From Camelus ferus (Eukaryota), in contig NC_045713.1 of assembly GCF_009834535.1 (NCBI RefSeq), positions 13,640,001 through 13,704,000 of the forward strand: 64,000 nt of DNA, written 5' to 3'. Positions 25,831 through 37,855 of the stretch are shown in pieces; position 1 is the stretch's first letter; each line of letters begins with the position of its first letter. A program made the position numbers and the translations under genes. The notes below the pieces were generated by a model. That model did not search any database, was not told the DNA's origin, and was given only the letters and a program-made list of their open reading frames with translations.

Positions 25831-28800
25831 GCAGCCACTGAGGCTCGGATGGCAGCTGCCACTTCTCGGTCCTCTTCTTCCCTGGGATGGAGAGATCTTC
25901 AGGCTGGGCAAGGCCCAGGACTATAGCAGTGTGCAGGGGGAGGGACTGGGGAGGGGCCGGAGGCCAGGGTAACGGGGCTGGCCCACCTACGCCGGCCAGG
26001 AGAGGGCGCTGGGGAGGCAGCAGAACATGTGCCTGCCAGCCTGAGGCTCCAGCTCCCCAGACAGCACCTGGACCCAGTTCTCTGGGGCAGCATCTGGAGT
26101 CCACAGATGCCCTGATCCAGCCTGGCCAACCCCAGCCTGAGTGTGCTTGTGTGCCCGGGCTTCAAGGCATAACTGCCCTGAACCCCCAAGTTGAGAGCCC
26201 CACCCCACAGGTTCCTCGTGTCTCTGGCTGAAAGTAGGAAAAAGAGGAGGAAATGTGCTCACTGAGGACACTGAGCAGGCCCTGTTGCCATGCTGGGGAC
26301 ACCAGAGACCAAAAGGCTGAAGTCCCCTGACCCCAGTGCCTGTTCCCAGCCCAGATGCCGGCTGCTGCCACCGCCTCAGGGGTGGTGCCAGGAGAACTTC
26401 AGTGGCACGTGAATCCTCCCACCTCTTGTACCTCCAGCTTCCTCGACGACTCTGCTGGGCTCCACGGCCGCTGGCCCGGCCTGCGCGACCCTGGCGGTTG
26501 TACCTGTCCAACTCCTCGTAGTCCTCGCCACTGACGACCCCTGCAACCAGCACACAGCCTGTCATGGGCCCGGGCAAGACCACAGCCAGTGCTCCAGCTT
26601 GGACAGCAGAAGCCTTCCCGCCCCCTACAGCACATGAGCCCTGGGGGATGGGCTCAGACACCTCTTGGGGTCCACAACAGCCCCAGACCTCTATGGCCTG
26701 GGCACCAGGTCAGAGCAAGAATGGTGCTGCGAGAAGGGCCTGGCCCTACCAACCCCACACTCCCAGGAGGAATGCCCACACAGCAGGTGCTCAATAATCC
26801 TGACCCAGGGACGAGTCCCAGGGACCCCAGAGCAGCAGATCCAAGACACCGCGGGAGCCAGCTGGAGTGAAGAGCTCCCTGTCCCAATGTGCTCAGGTGT
26901 TCAGAGCTCCTCAATGGGCTAGCAGATGCAGGTTCAACAGGTGTGTCCCTTGTCCCCGTCGATATGTGAGGGGTCGGATCAGGACCTGGGTCTGAGGCCT
27001 CCAGAGCAGGGCTCCGCAAGGTGAGCACTGCCTCAGGGGCCAGGTGGGAGCTGTGGGAGCTCCACTCGGCAGAGGAGAGGTCTGCTCACCCTCATTCCGG
27101 CGTGAGTGCCGCGGCGCGTAGCTGAACTGCAGGTCGATCTGGCGGTTCTGGCGGGCCTCAGCACGGCTCCGGCTGTGGCAGGCTGTCCTGTGGGCCTTAA
27201 GGTCGATCTCGGTGCGGAACGCGTGGGTGAACTGCTCGGTGCTGCAACGGCCCTCTTCACACAGGAAGTGCTTCTCTCGGAAATGCTCGCGCAGATATGC
27301 GTAGTCACTGCCGGGGATGGGCTGTCAGTCGGGGCCAGGCACCGTGGCCAACGGCCTGCGCCCAGCCTGCCCAAGTGTCCAGGGCCTTGTGCTACCGCAC
27401 CCACCTGTAGTAGTCCTGGGCCCCATCAGAGTCACAGAAGTGGCAGAAGTAGTGGTCGCGCCGCAGGTGCTTGAGCAGCTCATCATTGTCCAGGTAGCGC
27501 TCGTCACAGAACTTACAGAGCGGGTGGCCGCGGTGCGACGTGTCATCAGGGTCCCCTTGCATGCGGTGCCGAGCCAGGTCCTTGCGTGAGTACCACTTGC
27601 GCTCATAGGTAAAGATCTGCAGGGAGTGGGGAAGGGCTGGGGATGGGGTGGGGGCTCCCCAGCCCCCTACCTCTCCCCACAGCCCAACACCACCAAAGGA
27701 TCCTGGTGGCATCAGCTCTGTCACAGGGCCCACAACACCAGCAGCCTGGAGGCCCCACGTAGTTACTAGGAGGCTGCCCTGCCTGGGCTGTGCAGCCTGA
27801 TTGCTCACCACCCCAGGGCTCTGTGAGGCAGGAGAGCTGGGTGGGTGCTGCGAAGCCCTGGGGATCTGGCCTGGCCAGGGCCAGGGGCAGCAACAAGCCC
27901 CTCACAGCTGTTTGCTGAGCACCCCTACGCCAGCCTCTGCAGGGCCTGGACACCATCCATCTCAGCCAGGGACTCCCTAAATGTCCCAAAGCCCCAGGCA
28001 GCTGCTGTGGAGGCAGGGTGGGGCTCACCTTGAGGTGTTTGAGGCACAGCTTGCAGCAAAACAGCTCGTGCTGCTTCCGCATGTGCTGCTCCAGGTCCCC
28101 AAAGAGGCCAAAAGGTGGCAGCTCAGGGCATCGCGGGCACTCGTGCTGCAACAGCTGCCTAGGGAGACACCAAGAGCCACCAGGACCCGAGGGCACTCAG
28201 CAATGTTATCCAGAGTGAGCACTAGACCCTCCCCATGGTCCACTGCTCCAAGGCCCTGGAGACACTCTCGGAGTGGGAGCCAGAAGACAGGCACTCGGCT
28301 CCCCATGCACCTTGGAGCTCTGACCACTGAGTCAGATGGGGCTTGGGCCAGTGCCTGAGCTGAACAAGGCCATGTGATGGGGGTGGGACCATGATGCAGG
28401 AGACTGACCTCTGTGTCAGATGAACATTATAACTGAGCCCACACAGGAGCCTGGGGTCAAAAGCCCAGGTTCTAGCTGAGCCAGGGGGCTGCCCTCTCAC
28501 CTGGAAGATGAGGACCGGCCCCAAGACAACTGTACCACTTTACGGGGTTTTCCCACCATAGGCTAAGAGCCTGACTTGCAAGAGCTCTTGTGCACCTCCA
28601 AGAGCCCTCAGGAAGCAGGTGCTGGGTGCTACACCAGGAGGGCTTTCCCTGAATTCACCCCTTGCCCCTCATCTCTACCACCACCCCGGGAGGGGGGCGT
28701 GAGCACCCCCAGTTACAGGATAGGAGACCAATGATGGGAATTTAGCTACCTGACCCTGATGTCTGTGCCACAGAAAGTGCCCCCACCCACCTGAGTGTTG

Positions 28801-31800
28801 TGAGGAGCACAGGAGGTGATGGGGATGTGCCCGTCCCCACCACAAAGCGCCCTGCAGACTCTCGGAATCCCAGGCCGAGGGTTCCTCTCTCACCTGTATA
28901 AGGCAAACACTTTCCCGTCAGCAAAGTAGATGTCATACTTCTTCTCATGCTGCAGCTGGTGGATGGGGATTGTAGCAAAGGCAGGAAGCTTCCTCCCAAA
29001 GACCACCTGGAACCGAAAGTACAAGGGCATGGTGAGCGGGGCCCGGGATGTCCACTGGAGGGCGCCATCAAGCAGAAAAGAACGGGAGGCGGACACGCCC
29101 CCTCTGCTCACCCGCAGCCCAGCCACCTAGGGTTGCCAAGACAGAGAAGCAATGCCTGGCCTCGCCGCCAGGGGGCAGCCGACTCCCCACTCATCCACAA
29201 CAAAACTGGCACCTGCCAGAAAGAGGCTGCCCCAGGGGCAGTGACAGGGACCAGACAGCGGGGCAAACCAAACCTTAATCACATGGGTGTCAAGCACAGG
29301 ATGACTTGCACTGGAAGAAAGGAGAGACACAATCCAGGAAGCAGCTAAGGAAACAATGCTGCCAGGCCAGGACCCATCAGTTGCCCATGCCTGGCCACCC
29401 TCCATCCACTCACGATACTTCCATAACACCACAGGAGAGGAACTCTCCCGCAGCACTCGGTCATGGCCCCTGGCCATTCTGGGCGGGCTGCCTGCCTGTT
29501 AACTTGGCTGTCTGGGGGCGCCAAAGGGATGAAGCTGGTGAGCTGAATGCAGAAACGTCCACACCCTGGTTGCTTCTCTGGGGTCTCCAGCCCTCTCAGG
29601 TAAAGCCTGCTCTGCGCCTCCAGAGACTGTGGCAATGGACGAGGACTAGACCCCTGTCCCAGAGACCCCAGCCTGGCCCCCAGGCCTTTTTATAGGCTCA
29701 GGCCTCCCCTCTGAGCCAACAAGGGCACTGCTCCCTCCAGGACTCCCTCATCCTCCAGCACCCCCTTTCTCTCTGTCCCACACTCCCTCACTTGGATCAA
29801 GACGACAGTCCTGTCTCCTCTCCGTGCCCCTTTCGGATCCACCACTGTCCCCCCAGCCTAAAGCAGGGCACTCATCTCAGCTCAGAGTCCTCACCAGCAC
29901 ACCCAGGGGACATCCTCACCTTGGGCAAAGGCCACATCAAGGACACCCCTGTTATGTTTAGGCCCAGCCAAGGAGGCTGTCTGGGACTACAACTGGCCGT
30001 GAACTTGGGAAAGCGTAAGACTGGCTGGAGAGAGTGGGTAGGTCACACTGTCTCCAGCAGCAGGGTGGTTAAAACTGGCTCCCTGGGGGCCTGGGGGAGG
30101 AGACGGGGAGCTCAGCTTCCACTTCTGAGGACATGCTGTGGGGGATGGTGGTAGAAAACAGGCTGACCACCAAGCCTTCCCCAGATTCTGCCCCCAAAGG
30201 AGCCCAAGGGAAGTGTCATGGTCCAGCCACACCCATTCTGGGGGCCACAGTGAGGTAGGGGTGGAGGAATGAACCCCCAACAGGCCTTTCTTCCCCTTGT
30301 CGCCATGCCTGGTAAAGCCAGGCAGCATAAACATGGCCACCGACCCCTGCCCCCTGCCCCACACTGAGCACACCTCATCCCAGCTGCACTCCTGTGACCT
30401 GTCTTCAAAGGGGAGTCTTGGCTCTGCCTCCAAAGGGTCAGCCTCCACACACTCTGCCCTGGCTTTCTCTGCAGGCCCTGAATGAACATGGGGAGGGTCC
30501 CTGGGCCTCGCACTGGCCTCTTGTCATGGGATCTGCCCTCCAAGAGCAAGCCTACACCCAGCCCTGCCTTCTGACCACTCCTAAGGGGGCTTTTCCAGCA
30601 GAAACCCCAGTTCCTGTCCAGAGATAGGTGCCTGCAGGTGCAGGGCCATGAACCACTCAGGATGCTGCTGGAGGAGCACAGAGCATAAGGAACTAAGCAC
30701 TGAGACTCAGACTAACAGCCCTAGAGGGAACCCATAAAGCTGCCAAAAAGCATCCCAGCCCAACAGACTCAGCAAAGGAACAACTTCCCCAGAGGAAACC
30801 CATGCCAGAAGGCTCCCCCCACCCCCATCACCACCTCCCCTGCTCCCCAGCTCTGGCACCCTCCTTTCAGGGGTCAGCTCTGATCCACCACAGGCAGTGT
30901 CTCCCTGGGCTGTGGGTACCCTCGCCGTGGACTGAGCGACGATCAGCTTGGGCAGGGCGTCTGTCCCTCCTGAGCGGTCTAGTGGGACAGCCCTGGCTAG
31001 GCACACCTGAGACAGGTCAGAAAGGGGAAACTGGATTGGCTTGGGAAAGGGCTGGAACCACAGAAGAGGCTTGGGAAAGGAAAGAAGCCATGGGCATGCA
31101 AGCTCAAAGCTGTGTGTGTTTTAGAAGGAGGGTGAGCAGGTTAGGAGCCAGGGGGCACGGAATGGGGAAATGCCAACTGCACCCACCCCTGGACAGGCTC
31201 TGGGACCAGGACTGGACCCCTCAGGCCTGCACCAGAGGCCAGGTCCAGCAACTAGCAGACGATGGATGGTACTGCAGCCTGGTGTGGCCAGTGTCCCCTG
31301 CCCCTAGCAGAGAGTGAGGTGAGTGGCAAGACTGAGTGGCTGGACAAGAATGAGGGCGTGGTGGCCTGGCCAGGGATGGGCAGGAACCCACCAGTGATCC
31401 AACCAGTGTGGCTTGAGACCCACCCACCCTGGTGATCATCCTGACGGGAGGAGATCATAGGTCCAAGGACAGAGGTACAGACCAGGCCTAGATACTTGGG
31501 CAGTCTGGGTGGACCCCAAGATGGCCAGGCCGTGAGGCCACCCCAAGAGCCCCCTCAGACTCCCCCTGCCTAGGGGTTTCTGCCTGGGGCCCTGCTGCTC
31601 CCCATTCCCAGTATGCAGTGAGCACTCAGTGAGAATGAGTGGATGAGAGGACAGGGGTGTTAGCAATGACCAGTGCTGAGAGTGAGCTGGATGGTGAGGG
31701 TGGGCCTGGGGGAGAGGAGGGAATACAGAGTGAGCCCCCAGAGACAGCACTACCTAGAACACAGGTACAAGAAGAGCCAGAGGGGGATGAAGCAGGGGTA

Positions 31801-34347
31801 ATCTTAGAGGAAGAGGGCCAGGACCAGGGTGGTGGGGAGGGAGCACGGACAATAGAAAAGCATGACCTGAGTCAGCAGGTCCCGCCTCCTGACCTGCCTT
31901 CAGCCTCCTTTCCTACTTTCTATGAAACAGGGCACTGGGGCTGCACTAGGTGGCCTGCAGTTCCCCTCCTAAGACAGACACATCCCACTTTGTATAGCAG
32001 CCCCATCAAGCCTCTTTGGCATCACCAGGGGTCCAGACAAGGTGGAATGCTTTCAGAGGAAAGTGGCCTGTGTAAAAGGTACAACCAGGGAAGAGAGGAC
32101 AGGAACCTGGGACTTGACATCAGTTTCAACCAAAGTGCCCTCAAGACCAATGCTACCACTGCCCATCAGGTGGGAGCCGCCTTGGCCTCTGCCTTGAGCA
32201 CATGCCGAGCAATTTAACTGATCTGGCTCCTCGCCTGACCAGCAGTTGCAAGGCTGCCCCCCGGGCCGGCATAGGGAGGCACTAGATCAAGATGTAGGAA
32301 TTAACCAGCAGAGGAAGCTGGCCTGTCCCTGGCATCCTGGCATACTTTCCTTCCAATTTTCACAAAGACTTAGTCCCATAAAGGAGGCAGAGCAGAGGCA
32401 GGCTTCAGGGGCCAGGGGTCACTGTGGGATTCCCAAGGGGGCATGGGACACAGGACGTATTCAGAGGACAGTGCAGGGCTCAACAAGGGAACAAGAGGGA
32501 CAGGGGGTGCTGCAAGTTCAAGAGTGGGAGGGAAGCAGGATGAATGGGGAGGAGCATCATCTCCGCAAACTTCCCAGTACACCCTCCTGCTGTCTAGCAA
32601 TTCAGGGCAGGCCCAAGAGGAAGGTCAGGCTCGGCCAGGGCACCTGATGCCAAACCACATCCCAGCTGGAGCCAGCTGACAGTTCATGTCAACACCCCCT
32701 TGCCACAGAGCACTTGGAGGGTGTGGGACCCACAAGGAATGAGAGAGGCCAGATGCTAGCTAGAGGAGCCATATATAGATGTCTGCTCACTTCCTGAGTG
32801 AGACCTGCAGCACCCAGGGCCAGGGACTCCACAGCGCCTGCCTGCCTGTCTGCCTTCCTGTAAGGAAACTACAGGTATGCTGGGAAACCTGGCTGTTCAT
32901 TACATCATGTCATGAAAGACTAGCTGACAAGGCAGGCTCTGGCAAAGCTGGGAGGTGCCTTCTGACTAAATCACAGATCCAAGGTTTCCCCGACTGCTCC
33001 GGCACCTCTGCTCTCTCCCAGATCCGCATCCCTCTCTGTACTCCCCATGATAGACTGACAGCATCTCCAAGTGTCTTTCCAATAGTGAACAGAATAGGTA
33101 ACCACAGAGTAGTCATGGGATTACAGCATTTCCTAGGCTCTTTTAACATAAATCTGTAACAACAACAAAAGTGAAGAAACAAAGTCGTTTCTGCATCACT
33201 TCTAGGAAGAAACTCAAGATTCCCTGGTAGATGTAACCAGCTCAAGCTTTCCATTAACAAACCAGGGGAATTTCACAACTCTAGAAGCAAACAGATCTCA
33301 AAGCACAGCAAACCAAGGAAGCTCCAGCTAGGCGTTCCCAGCCAGCAGCTGGCATTGCGGGGAGTGAGGAAAAGCTCCCTGTTGCCCTCTGACCTCACTA
33401 GGGCTCATAGGAGTCTGGAGAGTCAGACACTGCCCCCATCCCCCAACTCTGGAGTTAAGCCCCCAGCTGGGACTGGCAAGGAAAACTTCGTAACACTTTT
33501 ATCCCCACCCACCAAGCAACCAGAGGAGACCTCAGTGGTTCTGCCTTCCCTTCTGGTGGGCAGGTCAGAGTGCCACCATCACTTAATAGATGAAAAGGGC
33601 AATCTCAGAAGGAGTTTGCTCAGCGTAACCCAGGGAGGTCCAGAAATAACAGCTGGGCTGGAAAAGCTCGCTTGACCCTCTAATTCCAAGACAGACCGCG
33701 TCTGAGGGTGCCCACTTGCCCCGTTGCCTCCACCGGAATGAAGACCCCTGAGGAATAAACTCCCAAAGACGAGCAGGTCGAGGGGTTCCTGCTCTGATCG
33801 TACCCCTTCTGTGGCCCAGCAGGAATTCCCGGGGAGCAGGAGGAAAGTCCGCGGGCTCTGTCCCCAAAGGGATCGCTACCTCTTCAAATTAGATCGGCCA
33901 TCTCATGCCTCCTGGCCCCAGACGCCCCAGAGTCGGCCCTGCGGTCGGGACCCCGCCCCAAGTGGTCCCGCCATGCCTCTCTTTTGGAAGCCGGCGCCAC
34001 CAGGCCTGCGGCCGGACACCAGGAAGGTAAAGTCCCCTTCCGGCCGCTGGGTTCCCTGCCGCCCCGACTGGTCGCGCCCGCGCCCCGGCGCCCCGATGCG
34101 CGGCCCCGCCGGCGAGGCTCACCTGGCGCAGCTCCTCGCGGCACACCGCGCAGTAGCGTTGCTCACAGAGCACCCGCATCTTGGTGGAGCAGCGGCAGCA
34201 CACTGGGTGGTCGCAGCGGCCCAGCGCCGTGGCCTCCAGGTCCCCGCAGCACAGCACGCAGCTCCCGCCGCCCCTCTCCGGCACCGCCGCCGCCGCCTCC
34301 TGGACCACGCGCCGCCCCTCGGGGCCCGCCGTCGCCACCGCCGCCAT
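23217..34347 (-). CDS. ZNF598: E3 ubiquitin ligase ZNF598 (RING plus C2H2 fingers; ribosome-collision sensor), 12 coding exons, 924 aa. Exons: 34347-34123, 29006-28894, 28158-28029, 27616-27405, 27307-27090, 26540-26423, 25881-25637, 25436-25352, 25241-24469, 24065-23915, 23808-23658, 23570-23217
   Basis: RING CVLCCGDLEATALGRCDHPVCCRC...CAVC, C2H2 fingers (HPLCKFCDERYLDNDELLKHLRRDH), C-terminus ARDDDFPSLQAIARILT*; all junctions GT-AG, total 2775 nt. Confidence 0.96.
25761..25829 (-). repeat. Uninterrupted (CAG)23 encoding polyglutamine in ZNF598 exon 7
   Basis: 69 nt of pure CTG on the + strand. Confidence 0.97.
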
Positions 34348-34600
34348 GGTGCCGGCTCCGGCCCCTTCCTGGCCGGCGCGGCGCGGCGCGGCGCGGGGCG
34401 GCCTGGCTCCCGGCGGGCCCGCCCCTTCCGGGTGACGTCACTGCCCCGCCCAGCAACGGCCCCGCCCGGCGGAAGTGCGCGTGCGACTTCCGCCCCAGTG
34501 AGGAGCCGGCTAGAGCGGCGCCACAGGCACTGGGCGCTCTAGCCAGAGCGGAATGCTTGGAGAGCTGCTGCTGGCCGGCCGCTAGGCGGTGTGTGTCGGG
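33880..34600. promoter_or_regulatory. ZNF598 CpG-island promoter with CRE TGACGTCA (34433-34440) and ETS/GABP-like CGGAAGTG (about 34470-34477)
   Basis: CpG density; motifs read directly. Confidence 0.78.
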
Positions 34601-34732
34601 TTCCCATTTTCTCGGTCCTTTGTCTCCTGCCAGCCTACCCTCCCATAACAGCGAATGTTTTAGTGTAAGTATTGCCCTAGTACTCCATAAGTGTGCTCCG
34701 TGAGTACTGTGGTGTACGTACACTATATACTT

Positions 34733-35400
34733 ACAGTATGGAGGTTCCTTAAGAAACTACAAATAGACTTAACCATATGATCCAGCAGTCCCTTTCCTGG
34801 GTATATATCCAGAGGGAACTCTGATTCGAAAAGATACATGCACCCCAATGTTCATAGCAGCACTATTTACAATAGCCAAGACATGGAAACCTGAATGTCC
34901 TTCGACAGACGAGCGGATAAAGCANNNNNNNNNNNNNNNNNNNNNNNNNNNNNNNNNNNNNNNNNNNNNNNNNNNNNNNNNNNNNNNNNNNNNNNNNNNN
35001 NNNNNNNNNNNNNNNNNNNNNNNNNNNNNNNNNNNNNNNNNNNNNNNNNNNNNNNNNNNNNNNNNNNNNNNNNNNNNNNNNNNNGAACTCACTCAGAAAA
35101 CACAAACAGACAGACATAAAAAACAAACTTATGGTTACCAGGAAGGAAAGAAGGTGGGAAGGGATAAACTGGGAGTTCAAGATTTGCAGATACAAACTAC
35201 TATATATAAAGTAGATAAACTACAAGTTTATACTGTATAGCACAGGCAATTATTATCTTGTAGTAACCTAAAATGTAAAAATATGAAAAGGAATATGTGT
35301 ATGTATACATACGACTGAAACATTATGCTGTACACCAGAAATTGACACAACATTGTAAACTAACTATACTTCAATAAAACAAGTAAAAACAACAACAAAA
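34733..35400 (+). mobile_element. 5'-truncated L1 (ORF2 C-terminus, 3'UTR, A-rich tail), interrupted by the assembly gap
   Basis: Encodes MFIAALFTIAKTWK, typical of the L1 ORF2p C-terminus; ends CTTCAATAAAAC...AACAACAACAAAA. Confidence 0.9.
34925..35084. other. Assembly gap, 160 N
   Basis: Run of N. Confidence 1.
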
Positions 35401-35516
35401 AAGAATCCTTAGAAATTAAAAACATAACAAAAGTTCAAGAGCAAAATGGAAGACAAAGTTGAAGAAAACTCTCAGCAGGCAGAACAAAAAGACAAGGTAG
35501 AAAACAGAGACAATAA

Positions 35517-35640
35517 GGGGGAAGGGTATAGCTCAAGTGTTAGAGCGCATGCTCAGCATGTAAGAGGTCCTGGGTCAAATCCCCAGTACCTCCTCCAAGC
35601 AGAAACAAATGAATAAACCTAATTAAAAAAACAAAACAAA
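35517..35640 (+). mobile_element. tRNA-derived SINE (camelid Vic-1-like) with target-site duplication
   Basis: GGGGAAGGGTATAGCTCAAGTGTTAGAGCGCATGCTCAGCATG...GGTCCTGGGTCAAATCCCCAGTACCTCC carries A/B boxes and an A-rich tail; flanks AAAACAGAGACAATAAG / AAAACAGAGAAAATAAG. Confidence 0.88.
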
Positions 35641-36419
35641 AAACAGAGAAAATAAGAAGATGGAAGTTGGGATCCAGAAGGCACAATATCTAATTAATAT
35701 AAATTTCAGAGAGAACAGAGGAAATGGAGAGGTGCAAGTTGTCAGAGCCAATAAGGCAATATATGCCAGATCTGAAGGACATGAGTCTCCATATTGAAAG
35801 GGCCCAATCAAGGGAAAGAGACAGCATCAGTGAGAGAGATCATCATGGAGTACCTGTGTATTGCAGATAAAACAAAGGGCCTGAAATCTTCAGGGGAAGG
35901 GAGTAAGGAGGGAGAAGAACCTGTAAGAAGGACTGAAAATCAGACTTACAATCCTAGAACACTGGAAGCTAGAAGTTCTCTCAACTTTCTGGGGGAATAT
36001 GATTTCCATCACAAATTCTATACCCAGAAAAACTTTCCATCCAGCATAAAGTCAGCAACATAAAAAGGACAAATTATTTAGCTTATGTGTTCCCATTCAA
36101 ATGATGCTTGTGCAGAGGCTTGGAGAGTGGATGTCCTAGAAAATGGATGTCCAGATTGGAGCAAGAGGCCACTGGCTTCCAGAGGGAGATCTCCAGGGTA
36201 AATATAGAACTGATTGTGGGTGATCTCCTTGTGTGCTTAAGAACCAGGAAAAGTTATTGCAAGGAGCTTGGAAAATTTAGGGTAAAATAACAAAACAAGA
36301 ATATAGAAAAACAAGCAAAGAAAAATAATAAGACAGCTATCAATGAGAAAGGAAATGTAATCATAGTACACTACTTGGCTCAGCAGAGGACACTACATGG
36401 TCATAATAATAGAAACACT

Positions 36420-36829
36420 TGTGAAGGAAAAGCCCAGCTGGGCTAACGAGCTAAGTCACAAATCTAAGTGTGATAAGTGTCGGTTTACTGATCTAAGTTC
36501 TGCTGGGCTAACTCATAAATCTGAAGTTTAGTGTCAGTTTACTGGGCTAACAAGCTAACTCGTAAATCCAAGCTCAACAAGTGTCAGTAACGTGATCTGT
36601 TCCAAATTGATAAGCTCCAGTATACTGATTCCTTGCTTTTTGTTGTTTGAACCTTATTGGCTAATAGCCCCATACTTGTAATTAACCCTATAAAACCTCA
36701 TGTGCACGTCTTGGAGGTGCTCAGAGCTTCGGAGCAGAAGCCCCTCTGAGCCCGCCGGCGTAATAAATCTGAGTACTCCAACCCTCCGAGTGGTACTTGT
36801 TTCTTGGCTGGCCTGTCATTTCCGTAACA
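36420..36829 (+). mobile_element. Solo LTR, ERV1-like (410 bp)
   Basis: TG...CA termini (TGTGAAGG...CCGTAACA), 4-bp flanks CACT/CGCT, U3 repeats, ATTGG (CCAAT) 36656-36660, TATAAAA 36689-36695, AATAAA 36762-36767. Confidence 0.85.
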
Positions 36830-36979
36830 CGCTGACCAGTGACTTAACCAAAAATTATGATAAATTCATATTAGGAGGATGGAGAGATGAGAAATGAGGT
36901 GACTGGGTTGGGGGAGAGCCAAAGCTTCATCTAAATTAGGAGGAAGCTGTTTGATGGTGTCTTAAAAAACATAAATTTA

Positions 36980-37110
36980 GGGGGGAGGATATAGCTCAAG
37001 TGGTAGAGTGCATGCCTAACAAGCAAGAGGTCCTGGGTTCAATCCTCAGTATCTCTTCTAAAAATAAATCAGCAAATGAACCTAATTCCCCCCTCCCCAA
37101 TTTTTTTTAA
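36980..37110 (+). mobile_element. Second Vic-1-like tRNA-derived SINE
   Basis: GGGGGGAGGATATAGCTCAAGTGGTAGAGTGCATGCC...GGTTCAATCC; flanks AAAACATAAATTTAG / AAAAGATAAATTTTAG. Confidence 0.85.
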
Positions 37111-37146
37111 AAGATAAATTTTAGAATGGTGTTTTATAATCTGAGT

Positions 37147-37855
37147 CAGCAGTTCTCAATGGGGGGTGATTTTGCCCCCAAGGAGACGTGTGGTAAAGTC
37201 TTGAGATGTTTTTGGTTGGTTGTTACAGTTGGGTGGGAGTGTTAATGGCATTTACTGGTGCATTAGTTTCCTATTGCTGCTGTAAAAAATTACCACAAAC
37301 ACAGTGGCTTCAAGCAACATACATTTATTATCTCACAGTTCTGGAATTCAGAAGTTCAAGATGGGTCTCAGTGGGATAAAATCAGTGTGCAGGTGGGCTG
37401 CGTTCCTCCTGGAGGCTCTAGAGGAGAATCCATTTCCTAGGCTTTTCCATCTTCTAGAGGTGCCTGTGTTCCATGGCTCACCACCATTCCTCCCATCTAC
37501 AAAGTGCGTCACTCCACCCTCTGTTTCCATTGTCACCTCTCCTTCTCTGATTCTGCCTCCCTCCTCCATGCTTAAGAACCCTTGAGATTACATTAGGTCC
37601 ACCTGGATAATTCAGGATGATTTGCTTATGTTAAATTCAGCCAACTAGCATTCTTCATTTCCTCTGCAACTGTAATTCCCCCTTACTATGTAAAGTAAAT
37701 ATTCACAGATTCCAGGGATTAGAATGTAGATATCTTTGGGGAGGGGCTATTTTTCTGCCCACACAAATGACTAGAGGCCAAGCATGCTGCTCAATACCCT
37801 ACAGTGCCCAGGACAGCCTCACAAATGCCAACCGTACTTAGGTTGAGAAACGCTG
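37147..37855 (+). mobile_element. MER20 (hAT-Charlie) DNA transposon split by an MLT1 insertion; halves 37147-37258 and 37766-37855
   Basis: CAGCAGTTCTCAA...GATTTTGCCCCC start and GGTTGAGAAACGCTG end; 8-bp flanks ATCTGAGT/ATCTAAGG. Confidence 0.8.
37259..37765 (-). mobile_element. MLT1 (ERVL-MaLR) solo LTR
   Basis: TGCATTAGTTTCCTATTGCTGCTGTAA...CACAGTGGCTT...TTTATTATCTCACAGTTCTGGA is the characteristic reverse-complement MLT1 end. Confidence 0.85.

Larger units (their letters stand above)
35405..37140 (+). mobile_element. Old, degraded L1M-type element hosting the two SINEs and the solo LTR
   Basis: A-rich L1-like sequence that resumes across the insertions (CATGGTCATAATAATAGAAACACT | CGCTGACCAGTGACTTAACCAAAAATTATGATA); subfamily not assignable. 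Confidence 0.6.

Noticed and set aside
35517-35595. tRNA-like sequences with A/B boxes (also 36980-37055)
   Set aside because: A-rich tails, target-site duplications and a degenerate cloverleaf identify them as SINEs, not tRNA genes
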